Below are positions 42,277 through 51,723 of a stretch of 64,000 bases of DNA, piece after piece (the stretch's first letter is position 1; every line of letters begins with the position of its first letter). A model generated the notes under the pieces. The model was not told the origin of the DNA. It saw only the letters and a list, made by a program, of their open reading frames with translations, and searched no databases. The DNA is taken from IMG/VR virus record IMGVR_UViG_3300032770_000017, positions 16,208 through 80,207 of that record; one strand, written 5' to 3'. The DNA is from a virus. The position numbers and the translations under genes are program-made.

Positions 42277-43392
42277 ATGCCGACCGCTGGCCTACGGGGC
42301 CGCCTTCCCAAGCGCGAGGGAGCCGACAAGCTCCCCCTGCGCTGGGCCCATGAGTACCTGACCGTTCCCCTTCCGGTGCCGAACTACCCGGTGGACGTGT
42401 CGGGCGGCCTCAAGGATTGGGGCATGCTCGGCAACGACACCTACGGCGACTGCGGGGAGGCTGGGCAACTCCACGTCCAAATGGCCACGGCCATCGGCGC
42501 CGGGGTGCCGACGCCGCAGTTCAGCACCGAGCAGGCGGTGAACGAGTACCTCGCCTACACCGGCGGCCAGGACTCGGGCGTGGTGCTCGCCGACTTCCTG
42601 CTCTGGCTCTACAAGAAGGGCGAGATCCTGGCCTTCGCGCCGGTGGACCACGCCAGCCGCGCCAACTGCGACGGGCTCATGGAGATGGGCCACGGGCTGT
42701 ACTGCGGCGTCAACCTCACCGATCAGGACGAGGCCGATTTCGGCGTCCGCCCGTGGGGATCGGAAGGCGACCCGAAGCCGGACAGTGCATTGGGCCATTG
42801 CATTGTGAAAATTGGCGCCGATGGGGCCGAGCAGGACGCATGGGTGACCTGGGGCGCCGTGCAGCTATCGACCACAGCGTGGACCGCGGCCTGCCTTGAC
42901 GAGTCGTGGCTCATAGTTACGACCCAAGAGCAGCTCGCTAAGTTCGAGCCGTCGCTGCTCGGCGACATTCAAGCGCTCGGCGGCACCGGGGGCGAGACCG
43001 TCCCTCCCGCTCCGGTGCCGCCGGCACCCGAGCCTCCCCCCACGCCTGAGCCTCCTCCGGCTCCCGAACCGCCCCCAGAGCCGGCACCGCCGCCCGACCC
43101 AAGCCTGCTCGAACGCATCGAGGAGGAGATCGACGCGGTCATCGAGGACGTGGAGAAGATCGCCAAGGATGTGGAGCACTACATCGTCGGCGAGCCCGTC
43201 CCCGCCTTCGGGCCCGGCACCGCTCAGCGCCATATCGACTCAGTGACCGAGCCCGGCCACACGGTCGTGCACGAGGTGGCCGGGTCGGTCGAACAGGACA
43301 ACGTCAGCGGCGCCCAGGCCACCGTGCGGCGCGATCTGGACGGCAATGTGGTGAACGAGTCCATCCGTCCCGTCCCGGGCGCCGAGGGCTAG
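42277..43392 (+). CDS. Putative papain-like (Cys-His) peptidase domain protein
   Basis: MLGNDTYGDC, LGHCIV, WVTWG; Pro-rich linker. Confidence 0.6.
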   Translation: MPTAGLRGRLPKREGADKLPLRWAHEYLTVPLPVPNYPVDVSGGLKDWGMLGNDTYGDCGEAGQLHVQMATAIGAGVPTPQFSTEQAVNEYLAYTGGQDSGVVLADFLLWLYKKGEILAFAPVDHASRANCDGLMEMGHGLYCGVNLTDQDEADFGVRPWGSEGDPKPDSALGHCIVKIGADGAEQDAWVTWGAVQLSTTAWTAACLDESWLIVTTQEQLAKFEPSLLGDIQALGGTGGETVPPAPVPPAPEPPPTPEPPPAPEPPPEPAPPPDPSLLERIEEEIDAVIEDVEKIAKDVEHYIVGEPVPAFGPGTAQRHIDSVTEPGHTVVHEVAGSVEQDNVSGAQATVRRDLDGNVVNESIRPVPGAEG

Positions 43393-43395
43393 GCC

Positions 43396-43686
43396 GTGTT
43401 CAGCATCGCCTGGCTGAAGAACGCTGTGCACGTCGTCGTGCTGACCTTCGTTGCCGGTTTCGTCGGCGTGGTGTCGGCAGCGGGCGCCAACGTGCTCTCT
43501 CTGGCCACGGCCAAGGCGGCGGCGACTGCGGGCCTGATCGCAGCGGCGGCGGCCCTACAGGCCCTCCTGGCGCCTCTGATCAGCGTCCCGAGCGACAACC
43601 CGACGGCGTCGATCTTCTCGGCCATGCGGACCCGGATCGGCAACGGCGCGCCGACGGCGGGGCGCCACTTCGCTACGAGCGAGTAG
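43396..43686 (+). CDS. Holin-like membrane protein
   Basis: 2 TM; WLKNAVH..VLTF and PTAS motifs of actinophage holins. Confidence 0.6.
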   Translation: MFSIAWLKNAVHVVVLTFVAGFVGVVSAAGANVLSLATAKAAATAGLIAAAAALQALLAPLISVPSDNPTASIFSAMRTRIGNGAPTAGRHFATSE

Positions 43687-43690
43687 CCCT

Positions 43691-44068
43691 ATGTGGCCGT
43701 TCGATCACCCGTTCAGCGCTTACACCTGGCCGGGGCCGTTCGGGTGGTTCGCCCGGGAGTGCCCGGGCAACATCGTCGCCGGCTTCGCCCAGGGGGCCAT
43801 CGCCGCCGTAGTCGCCATGCTGCTCTGGCCGCCGACACGCCACGCCATCCACCGCTTCGTCGATGAGAAGCTCAAGCCGGTGCACGAGCACTTCGCCCGC
43901 CAGTCCGAGCACAACCGGTGGATGGCCGAGCACATGGCGCGCGTCCACCTGGCGGCGACGGGTGAGCATGCCGCCGATCACCCCGAGCACGGCGCGCTGA
44001 CACACCCCGAGCCGACGCCGCCACGGTCCCACCACAAGAAGCAGGCAGTGGGCGGTGATGCGGCATGA
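43691..44068 (+). CDS. His-rich membrane-anchored hypothetical protein
   Basis: One TM, His-rich tail. Confidence 0.5.
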   Translation: MWPFDHPFSAYTWPGPFGWFARECPGNIVAGFAQGAIAAVVAMLLWPPTRHAIHRFVDEKLKPVHEHFARQSEHNRWMAEHMARVHLAATGEHAADHPEHGALTHPEPTPPRSHHKKQAVGGDAA

Positions 44069-44601
44069 GCTTCACCCCGATCGTGCTCACCGGTCAGTGG
44101 CAGAAGCCCGACGGCTCACCGGCGGCGGGGTCGGTGGTGGCGAGCCTCACTGAGGGTCTGGTGAACACCTCGCAGCCAGCGGCGCAGATCGTCAACTTCG
44201 CCTATCTGGACGCCAACGGCAACCTGGCCATGCCCGTCTACGCGGACAACGACACTGGCACCAATCCCGTCGGTTCGCAGTACTACTGCACCGTCACCAT
44301 CATCGGGTCGCCGCGCACAGCGGGCTACATCGTTGTGCCCGCGGTGCCAGCAGGATCGCGTTCCGTAACTGACGCCGTGATCGCCGAAAGCTCCACCACA
44401 CTCACCAGCGCCACCGCTTCGTTCACTGGCGCGGATGTGGGGAAGTTCGTCTACTCGCCGGATCTGGTCGTCGGCACCGCGATCGCCAGCGTGACGAACT
44501 CGACCACCGTGGTGGTGAGCCTGCCGGCCCTCGCGTCGGGCACGGGCCAGACGCTGCTCATCGGCGCCAGCGCGAGCCTGCCGGCGCTACTCGCGGCCTA
44601 G
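44065..44601 (+). CDS. Structural-type protein carrying the S/T-rich repeat module
   Basis: LTGQWQKPDGSPAAGSV...LDANG...NPVG N-domain plus RSVTDAV module. Confidence 0.6.
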   Translation: MSFTPIVLTGQWQKPDGSPAAGSVVASLTEGLVNTSQPAAQIVNFAYLDANGNLAMPVYADNDTGTNPVGSQYYCTVTIIGSPRTAGYIVVPAVPAGSRSVTDAVIAESSTTLTSATASFTGADVGKFVYSPDLVVGTAIASVTNSTTVVVSLPALASGTGQTLLIGASASLPALLAA

Positions 44602-44820
44602 AACGTCAGAAGCCGCCCCGATAACCTGCTCGATGGGCTGGTCGGTGTTGTCAATGGTGTCCGAACCGGAAGGCGCCCGATCAGCCCAGCGCCATCCGCT
44701 CGCTGTTCCGTGCTTGCCAGGGTGTCCGACCGGGAACTCACACCACCGGGGCGTTCCTGTACCTGCTGGCTTCACGCTCGGACAGTTGGGGGCGTCGTCC
44801 GAGTGTTGCTCACCCATCAC

Positions 44821-45156
44821 TTACCTCCTCCGCTCGGGGTCGACGAGGACCTCGAACGATGATGATGAGGTGAGGTCAGTGTCACAAGCAACGCAACGCC
44901 ACCACCCTTCGTACTCGTACGCCTCGGTGTGCGGGCACCGGAGAAGGGCTTTGAGCGCCTCAGGATTGTGCGGCAGAGGTATGGCCGAATCCCACTCGGC
45001 CCGGACGGCGTTGAGCACGACGTCGACCTTGGCGTAGTCGTAGGCCCCCGGCTCGCAGTCGTCGCGGGTGCAGAGCACACCGTGCTGGCACCACGACAGG
45101 TGGAGGTCTCTTGCTGCCCGCTCACGGGCGGCTTGGGTCAGAACCGCCTCAATCAC
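44821..45156 (-). CDS. Hypothetical protein
   Basis: Coupled to upstream ligase-like gene. Confidence 0.45.
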   Translation of the reverse strand: MIEAVLTQAARERAARDLHLSWCQHGVLCTRDDCEPGAYDYAKVDVVLNAVRAEWDSAIPLPHNPEALKALLRCPHTEAYEYEGWWRCVACDTDLTSSSSFEVLVDPERRR

Positions 45157-45721
45157 GTTCGGTCACGTTCTCCCCAACGGGGAAGTCGCGGCGCTTGAGC
45201 TTTGCCATGCGGCCGTCCGGGTGATGCCAGACGATCCCCTCGAAGTCGCTGTCGGCCAGCCAGTCACGTAGGCCGTCGAAATCGCGCGGCAACTCGGTGA
45301 TCTCAGCGATGCCGTGACGAATCAACGAGTGGACGGTGTAACCCTCGGGGTTGCCGTTGACCCGTGGGCCGCACAGCTCATAGGTGCCAGGCTCGATATC
45401 GCCACGGTCGGTCAGCGCCTCCTCAATCCATATGGCAAACCCGGACTGCTCGGCTGGGAGCCAGCCGACCGTCTTGCCGGTCGTCTCGTCATGCTCGACC
45501 TCGACGAAGTTGGCGGGCGGCATCTTGCCGGGCTTGACCTCGCGACGGGCGTACGCCTTCACGGCGACGCCGTCGCGGCGGATGAGGACGCAGGTGCCGT
45601 CGAACTTGCGGGTCGGGACGCCTTCCCCGGCGAGCACCCACTCGCAGCCGGGGTTGACCTCGGGTATCACGTACTTGCGGTTCTCCGGGTCGCGGACAAA
45701 CAGCGTCGGGATCTTACGCAC
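45149..45721 (-). CDS. RNA ligase-like nucleotidyltransferase (DUF5565/C12orf29-like)
   Basis: MRKIPTLF, TRKFDGTC (KxDG), ELCGP.VNGNP, EGIVW, MAKLKRRDF. Confidence 0.7.
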   Translation of the reverse strand: MRKIPTLFVRDPENRKYVIPEVNPGCEWVLAGEGVPTRKFDGTCVLIRRDGVAVKAYARREVKPGKMPPANFVEVEHDETTGKTVGWLPAEQSGFAIWIEEALTDRGDIEPGTYELCGPRVNGNPEGYTVHSLIRHGIAEITELPRDFDGLRDWLADSDFEGIVWHHPDGRMAKLKRRDFPVGENVTERD

Positions 45722-45995
45722 TCGTCTCCTCTCCTAACCCTCAGCGACCAGACTCGGTGTCATTGGGACCGCCCGGGACGGGAACGCTGGTGGTCATCGC
45801 CCCTCCTTCCAGGCAGGCCGCCGCCGGGTGGCCGTCATCCAGTTCGGTCGGGCCATCTGGACCGGGCGAGAAACTGGACCGAAAACTACCCGGCCCAACG
45901 GACGGCGGCGGCCCGCGCGGCAGATGGTAACGAGCCTGGTCATGCATCTATCCTAACTCAAGTGAAGAACGGGGGCAAGGGGTAAGGTTCGCGGC

Positions 45996-46712
45996 GTGCC
46001 CGTGGCGCCGAGCATCACCGACAGGCTGAAGGAATTGGCCAAAGACCTCGGGCTCGACGACGGCCGCATCGAAGCCATGCTCTCGGTACTCACCACCGAC
46101 GTGGCCTTCGACGCCACGGTGCTCTACCACCAGGCCCAGCAACTGGCCCACGACGTGGTGCGCCTGGCCGAGGACGAAGAGGCCGAGCTGGGCGTGATCA
46201 GCCAGATGCAGGCCGACGTGGCCACCCTTGGCGCCGAGGTGGCCGGGCTCCAATCCGCCCTTACTGACCTCAAAGCCGACGTAGACGCCGGGGTCGCGGC
46301 CATACTGGCCGCACTCGTGGGACCGCCCGCGAGCCCCGCTGTAGCCGCTCAAATCACCTTCACAGGAGGCACCGTGCCCGCATCCATCAGCATCGACGAC
46401 ACGACCGGAGCCGCCAGCCTCGAATGGCTGGACGACCATGGCGACACCGACGCCGCCGCCCCCACCGGCAACGACGGCAACCCGGTCGTGGTCACGTTCT
46501 CCACGGATAACGCGGGCGTGGCCACCATCGACCCGTCCTCGGGCGTGCTCAGCCCGGTCGCCGAGGGCTCGGCCAACGTCCTTGTGACGGTGACCAACAC
46601 CGATGGGTCGCCGGCCGACTTCGCCAACGGCAACCCCATCACTGCCGACCCTGCGCCGTTCTCCATCGTCGCCGGTCCCGCGGACCAGTTGGTGGTCGCG
46701 GTCAATCCCTGA
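45996..46712 (+). CDS. Coiled-coil plus Ig-like (Big_2-type) domain protein
   Basis: VTFSTDNAGVATIDPSSGVLSPVAEGSANVLVT. Confidence 0.65.
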   Translation: MPVAPSITDRLKELAKDLGLDDGRIEAMLSVLTTDVAFDATVLYHQAQQLAHDVVRLAEDEEAELGVISQMQADVATLGAEVAGLQSALTDLKADVDAGVAAILAALVGPPASPAVAAQITFTGGTVPASISIDDTTGAASLEWLDDHGDTDAAAPTGNDGNPVVVTFSTDNAGVATIDPSSGVLSPVAEGSANVLVTVTNTDGSPADFANGNPITADPAPFSIVAGPADQLVVAVNP

Positions 46713-46726
46713 TCCCAGCGGGGGAA

Positions 46727-46781
46727 TGCCGACGGCCCCGGTACCTGCTCACCCCCCCGGGCAGGTAGCCGGGGCCTCGGC
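46727..46781 (+). terminator. Long GC-rich hairpin, probable terminator or processing stem
   Basis: ggccccgg-tacctgc...gcaggta-g-ccggggcc inverted repeat after stop; no U-tract. Confidence 0.5.
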
Positions 46782-46939
46782 GCGTCTGGGCCCTTGCCAT
46801 GGACCTTCACATGGGTTAGGATTGCGGGCAGGCCCGTCCCATTGGGCGCATTCTTCCTGTCTGGGCGCCCACCTCCTCCGTCTGCAAGGGGGAAGGCCGT
46901 CGGAGGAGGACGGGCCCCATCCCCCGAAGGAGGCGACGA

Positions 46940-47569
46940 GTGCAGGACGAGCCATCAGGTCTGATCGGTCAAAGTCTCTGTCGCGTCCCTGGCTGTCCTC
47001 GGCCCGTGCGTGCACGAGGCTGGTGCTTCGCCCACTGGCAGAAATGGCGGAAATACGGCGATCCACTCGTCGGTAAGACACGTCTAGTCGTCTACAGGTC
47101 TGCTGAGGAAGCATTCTGGGCGCGCGTTTGTGTTGCCAGCCCGGATGAATGCTGGCTCTGGACCGGATCCATATCTGATGGCGGCTATGGGCGGCTGACG
47201 TTCGGAGGTCGTCAACGCTACGCGCACCAATGGTGTTATGAACTGAATATCGGACCCATCCCAGACGGGTTGGTCATTGACCACCTCTGCCACAATGCCG
47301 ATCGTGATTGTATTGAGGAGAGGCGTTGCCCTCACCGGCGGTGCTGCAACCCGGCCCATCTTGAAGCGACGACTATGGCCGAGAACCTACGGCGTGGTAA
47401 CGGGCTCATAGGCCAGAATAATCGTAAGACGCATTGCAAGTACGGCCACGAGTTCACGCCCGAGAACACCGCATATAACAAAGGATGGAGACAATGTCGA
47501 CGATGCGCGGCGATCCGGCAGGGACAGATAAGGATGCGGCGACGTATGTCAGCCTTGAGGAGTTCATGA
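46940..47569 (+). CDS. Free-standing HNH homing endonuclease
   Basis: IDHLCHN...CCNPAHLEATTMAEN; KTHCKYGHEF. Confidence 0.9.
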   Translation: MQDEPSGLIGQSLCRVPGCPRPVRARGWCFAHWQKWRKYGDPLVGKTRLVVYRSAEEAFWARVCVASPDECWLWTGSISDGGYGRLTFGGRQRYAHQWCYELNIGPIPDGLVIDHLCHNADRDCIEERRCPHRRCCNPAHLEATTMAENLRRGNGLIGQNNRKTHCKYGHEFTPENTAYNKGWRQCRRCAAIRQGQIRMRRRMSALRSS

Positions 47570-48096
47570 CGGCCGACGAACCACCCCAGCCGTTCCAAAT
47601 AAGAGACCTTCGGAGTGCCGAGTGGGCGATGACGAAACTGGTCATGGCTCATCGGCGGTTGCTCGAATTTGAGCGCCAGGCCGAGGAATGGAAAGCAAAG
47701 GTGGACGCGTGGCTCGTCCAAGTGAGCGCTGCTGATGTGCAATCGTCCGAATACTTTGAGGGTTTGCTCCAGCGCTATGTGCTGGCCCTGCGCGAGGCCA
47801 ACCCGGACGTGAAGACCCTCAACCTGCCGAATGGGACAATCACCACGCGATCGGTCAAACCGCAGGTTGTCGTCACCGATGCGGACGGACTGGCGAAATG
47901 GCTCTTGGACGCAGGACGGTACGAAGCGCTCTCGGTCAAGCCGTTGGTATCCAAGGTGCGGGAATTTGCCGAGGTCGTGCCGTCACCCTTCGGTGAGGGC
48001 GCCATGGCCATCACCTCCGACGGTGAGGCCATCCCCGGCGTCGATGTCGAGCCCGGGCGTGTGACCGCGACGGTCAAGCCCAATCTGCCAAGTTGA
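47566..48096 (+). CDS. Gam-like host-nuclease inhibitor
   Basis: FQIRDLRSAEWAMTKL...KTLNLPNGTI...DGEAIPGV. Confidence 0.8.
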   Translation: MTADEPPQPFQIRDLRSAEWAMTKLVMAHRRLLEFERQAEEWKAKVDAWLVQVSAADVQSSEYFEGLLQRYVLALREANPDVKTLNLPNGTITTRSVKPQVVVTDADGLAKWLLDAGRYEALSVKPLVSKVREFAEVVPSPFGEGAMAITSDGEAIPGVDVEPGRVTATVKPNLPS

Positions 48097-48371
48097 ACGT
48101 CGGGCCGCTTCACCCGACCCACCCGCCTGACATGGCCGACCCGAGAGGGCGGCCGTGGGCCTGCCAGTTGCCCGAGCAGAACAGCCACGGGCACTGGTGC
48201 ACCCGCTGTGATGGCTGCTACATCGCCCTAGTGGCGGCGGCGAGGGCGCGCCCTGACATGCCCGCGAGGTCGAAACAAGGGCGTCGGCTGCCGATCGGCG
48301 AGGTGCTCAAGGAAGCGAACAGCGGTCGGACAGCGCTCGGGCTCTGGACGGCACCTGACGTGCGGATTTGA
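48093..48371 (+). CDS. Hypothetical protein
   Basis: Coupled ORF with Cys/His cluster. Confidence 0.4.
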   Translation: MNVGPLHPTHPPDMADPRGRPWACQLPEQNSHGHWCTRCDGCYIALVAAARARPDMPARSKQGRRLPIGEVLKEANSGRTALGLWTAPDVRI

Positions 48372-48373
48372 TC

Positions 48374-48402
48374 TTGACAAAGGTTAGGAATAGGCGCACA
48401 CT
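48374..48402 (+). promoter_or_regulatory. SigA-like promoter TTGACA-17-CACACT with GTTAGGA in spacer
   Basis: Exact -35, 17-nt spacer, ATG 6 nt after the -10. Confidence 0.6.
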
Positions 48403-48408
48403 GGAGGC

Positions 48409-48609
48409 ATGACCACCTACCGGTGCTATGCCAGCGGATGCCACGATCCAATCGACGGGAAGACCTTCACGAGCGAGACTGCCGCGGCCAAGCACGAGAA
48501 CGCCTACCACGATGGCGCGCAGACGTGCTGGTCGGACGAGGAACGGGACGAGGAGATCGCCCGGTCGTCCATGGGACTGCTTGACCAGGAATGGAGCCGC
48601 GACCGATGA
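48409..48609 (+). CDS. Small C2H2-like hypothetical protein
   Basis: C..C...H...H pattern. Confidence 0.55.
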   Translation: MTTYRCYASGCHDPIDGKTFTSETAAAKHENAYHDGAQTCWSDEERDEEIARSSMGLLDQEWSRDR

Positions 48610-50009
48610 GTGACCCCCAGGCCATCGACCACCCCGGCGCCGAAGTCGTCCACCTGCCCGAACAACCCCGGGAGGCGGCGGCGCTGGCGCCGGTCATGGA
48701 GACCCTCGGGCTCCCGTCGCCCGCCGAGTTCGCCGCCCTCAAGGGCATGAGCGAGCAACTGGCCATGTCCAACCTCGTGCCCCGGACGCTGTGGGGCAAG
48801 CCGGCCGACGTGTTCCTGATCCTGCTCACCGGCCGCGACCTCGGCATCGGCGCCACCATGGCCCTGCAGCGGGTGAACGTGATCGAGGGCAAGCCGTCGA
48901 TCGCCGCCGAGCTGATGGTGGCGCTCATCCTGCGCGCCGGCTACCGGATCTGGCCCGACCCCGCCAACGACGCCACCAAGGCCACCGCCCACGCCATCCG
49001 TGACGGCCAGGAGCTTTCGGCAACCTTCACCTGGGAAGAAGCCACCAAGGCACAACTGGTCAACAAGGACAACTGGAAGAAATACCCCAAAGCAATGTTG
49101 TGGGCCCGGGCCGTCTCGGCGCTAGCCCGCCAGTCCTTCCCCGACGTGCTCATGGGCGTCAGCTACACCCCGGACGAGCTGGGCGCCGACATCGACCCGG
49201 AGACGGGCGAGGTCGTGGGCCAGCCCTACGCCCCGACCTCCATGGACACCCCCGACGACCGTGCCCGCAGCGCCGGATGGGCCGGGCTGGCCGACTATGA
49301 ACGGCACAAGGCCGAGATCGTGGACGGCGTGGCCCTGCTCACCGAGGACGACAAGGCAGCGTTCAAGCTGTGGATGGCCGAGCACGGTATCCCGTCGTCA
49401 GGCTGGTCGAAGGACCAGTGGCGCGCCCTGTCGGCCGAACTGGCCCAGCGCCTGCACCCCGAGGCCGAGGTCGTGGAGGACCCCATCTCCGGTGGGCCTG
49501 TGGGCCAGCCAGTGGTCGTGCTGCCCTCGGAGGACGCGCCGGCCAAGGCCGTTACCGCCGAGGAGGTCGCCCGCCAGGACGAGGCACGCCAGAAGCGCTC
49601 CGACGAGGCCGCCATCCGCCTCGCCCGCCGCACCGGCCAGCCCGTGGCCCCTGAGATCGCTGAGAGGCAGGCCAGGCGCCTTGCTGTGGCCCGGGAGGCC
49701 CTAGCGGCAGCCAAGGAGGCCCTGTCGGCTCCTGCGGCCCCACAGGCGCCTCTGGTGGCGGAACGGGAGGACCACGTGGCTGTGGCACGGGCAAGCGAGT
49801 TCTTGGTTGGCCGCGGGGACCTAGCGCTCCAAGAGATGAGCATGGAGGCCCTGAGCGAGATGGCTGACGCCATGGGGCTTGAACCGCTAGGCACTGGGGA
49901 CCAACTGGTCGTCCGGATCGCCCGGTCTATCTGTGAAGGGCTGGATGACGCGGCCGAGATGAAGGCGGCCAACCCGCTCGACTACCCCGAGGGGGAGGAA
50001 CCTTACTAA
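48606..50009 (+). CDS. RecT-like single-strand annealing protein with long C-terminal extension
   Basis: GKPADV..GRDLGIG..VIEGKP; NWKKYPKAMLWARA; FPDVLMGVSYTPDE. Confidence 0.75.
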   Translation: MSDPQAIDHPGAEVVHLPEQPREAAALAPVMETLGLPSPAEFAALKGMSEQLAMSNLVPRTLWGKPADVFLILLTGRDLGIGATMALQRVNVIEGKPSIAAELMVALILRAGYRIWPDPANDATKATAHAIRDGQELSATFTWEEATKAQLVNKDNWKKYPKAMLWARAVSALARQSFPDVLMGVSYTPDELGADIDPETGEVVGQPYAPTSMDTPDDRARSAGWAGLADYERHKAEIVDGVALLTEDDKAAFKLWMAEHGIPSSGWSKDQWRALSAELAQRLHPEAEVVEDPISGGPVGQPVVVLPSEDAPAKAVTAEEVARQDEARQKRSDEAAIRLARRTGQPVAPEIAERQARRLAVAREALAAAKEALSAPAAPQAPLVAEREDHVAVARASEFLVGRGDLALQEMSMEALSEMADAMGLEPLGTGDQLVVRIARSICEGLDDAAEMKAANPLDYPEGEEPY

Positions 50010-50031
50010 CCGACGTTAGGATTGGCCCCCC

Positions 50032-51723
50032 ATGACCACCACCACCGATCCTGCCCTGCGGTTCGAGCTTCGGCCCTATCAGCGGGAAGCGATCGACCGG
50101 ATGCGGGCGGCCCAGGGCCGGGGCGTGAGCCGGCAGCTCGGCGTGGCTGCCACCGGGCTGGGCAAAACGGTCATGTTCTGCGCCCTGGCACACGAAATGC
50201 GGGCCCGCACGCTGATCCTCGCCCACCGGGACGAGTTGATCGAGCAGGCCGCAGGCAAGGTCCGGGAGGTCTGGCCCGGCGCCGATGTGGGCGTGGTCAA
50301 GGCCGAGCGTGACGAGGTGCACGGCGAGGTGGTCGTGGCCTCGGTGCAGACGCTGGCCCGCTCCCGGCGCCTGGCGCGGCTGGTCGACGCCCAGGCGTCA
50401 CAGTTGCTCGGCGAGCGCCCGTTCCGGCTGGTGATCGTGGACGAGGCCCACCACACGGCGGCCGATTCCTACCGCCGGATCCTCGACGGGCTCGGGGTCG
50501 GGACAGCAGACGGCCCGCTCTGCCTCGGGGTCACGGCCACGCCCGATCGCGGGGACGGCAAGGGCCTCAACGACCTCTTCGACGAGATCGTCTGGAACTA
50601 CGACATCCTGTGGGGCATCCGTTCGGGCTATTTGTCCGATGTCAAGGGCAAGCGCGTCGGCATCGAAGGCTTCGACCTCGGCGGCGTGCGCGTGACCCAC
50701 GGCGACTTCGACCAGGGCCAGGCGGGTGACGGGATGATGCAGGCCGGCGCGCCCGAGCAGATCGTTACGGCATGGCGGTCGTGGGCGACCGGGCGGCGCA
50801 CGCTGGTGTTCACGCCGACGGTGGCCATGGCCCAGGCGGTGGCCGACAAGTTCCGGCTCGCCGGGATCGCCGCCGGGTGGGTATCGGGGGCCACACCCAT
50901 GGACGAGCGCCGGGAGACGCTGGCGGCCTTCCGCGACGGCCGTCTCGACGTCCTCTCGAACTGCGCGGTGCTGACCGAGGGCTACGACGAGCCCAGGGTG
51001 GACTGCATCGTGGTCGCCCGACCGACCCGCTCGCGCGCCCTCTACACGCAGATGATCGGGCGCGGCACGCGACGCCACCCCGATAAGGACCATCTGCTCG
51101 TGCTCGATGTGGTGGGTGCGAGCGCCGAGCATTCACTGATCACCATTCCATCGCTATTCGGTATTGAGCGCAAAGGGCGCGAGGAAGACGATGAGCGCAC
51201 GGTCACCGAGGCAATTGACCAACAGGAACGGGAACAAATCCGCTTGGGCAATATCGTGGCCGCCGACGTGGAGTTGTTCCACCAGATGCGGTCCCAGGGC
51301 CTCGCATGGGTGAAAGTGCACGCCGCCGGGACCATCGGCTGGTACACCATCGGGCTCGGCGGTGAGCAGCGGGAGCGCGTCACTCTGCGCCAGGCGGCGC
51401 TCGGCGAGGACTCCTGGTCGGCGTTCATCGAATGGGAGCAAGAGGACGGTTCGGTCAAACGGCGCCCGCTGATGATGGACGTCACCCTCGAAACGGCCCA
51501 GGGCGTCGGCGAGGACTACGTCCGCAAGATGGGCGGCGGCACCGTGGCCCTTACCTCCGTGGACGCCCCCTGGCGCAAGCGCAAGCCCACGGAGCGCCAG
51601 TTGTGGGCGGCGGCGCGCTGGAAGATGCCGGTGGACCCGTCGTGGAACGCTGGGCAGCTTTCAGAGGCTCTGGACGCCCATATCGCCCGCAAGAAGGCCG
51701 CGCAACGGCCAAAGAGGCACTGA
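50032..51723 (+). CDS. SF2 DEAD/DEAH-box helicase
   Basis: LRPYQ, ATGLGKT, DEAHH, TATP, LTEGYD, QMIGRGTR. Confidence 0.92.
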   Translation: MTTTTDPALRFELRPYQREAIDRMRAAQGRGVSRQLGVAATGLGKTVMFCALAHEMRARTLILAHRDELIEQAAGKVREVWPGADVGVVKAERDEVHGEVVVASVQTLARSRRLARLVDAQASQLLGERPFRLVIVDEAHHTAADSYRRILDGLGVGTADGPLCLGVTATPDRGDGKGLNDLFDEIVWNYDILWGIRSGYLSDVKGKRVGIEGFDLGGVRVTHGDFDQGQAGDGMMQAGAPEQIVTAWRSWATGRRTLVFTPTVAMAQAVADKFRLAGIAAGWVSGATPMDERRETLAAFRDGRLDVLSNCAVLTEGYDEPRVDCIVVARPTRSRALYTQMIGRGTRRHPDKDHLLVLDVVGASAEHSLITIPSLFGIERKGREEDDERTVTEAIDQQEREQIRLGNIVAADVELFHQMRSQGLAWVKVHAAGTIGWYTIGLGGEQRERVTLRQAALGEDSWSAFIEWEQEDGSVKRRPLMMDVTLETAQGVGEDYVRKMGGGTVALTSVDAPWRKRKPTERQLWAAARWKMPVDPSWNAGQLSEALDAHIARKKAAQRPKRH

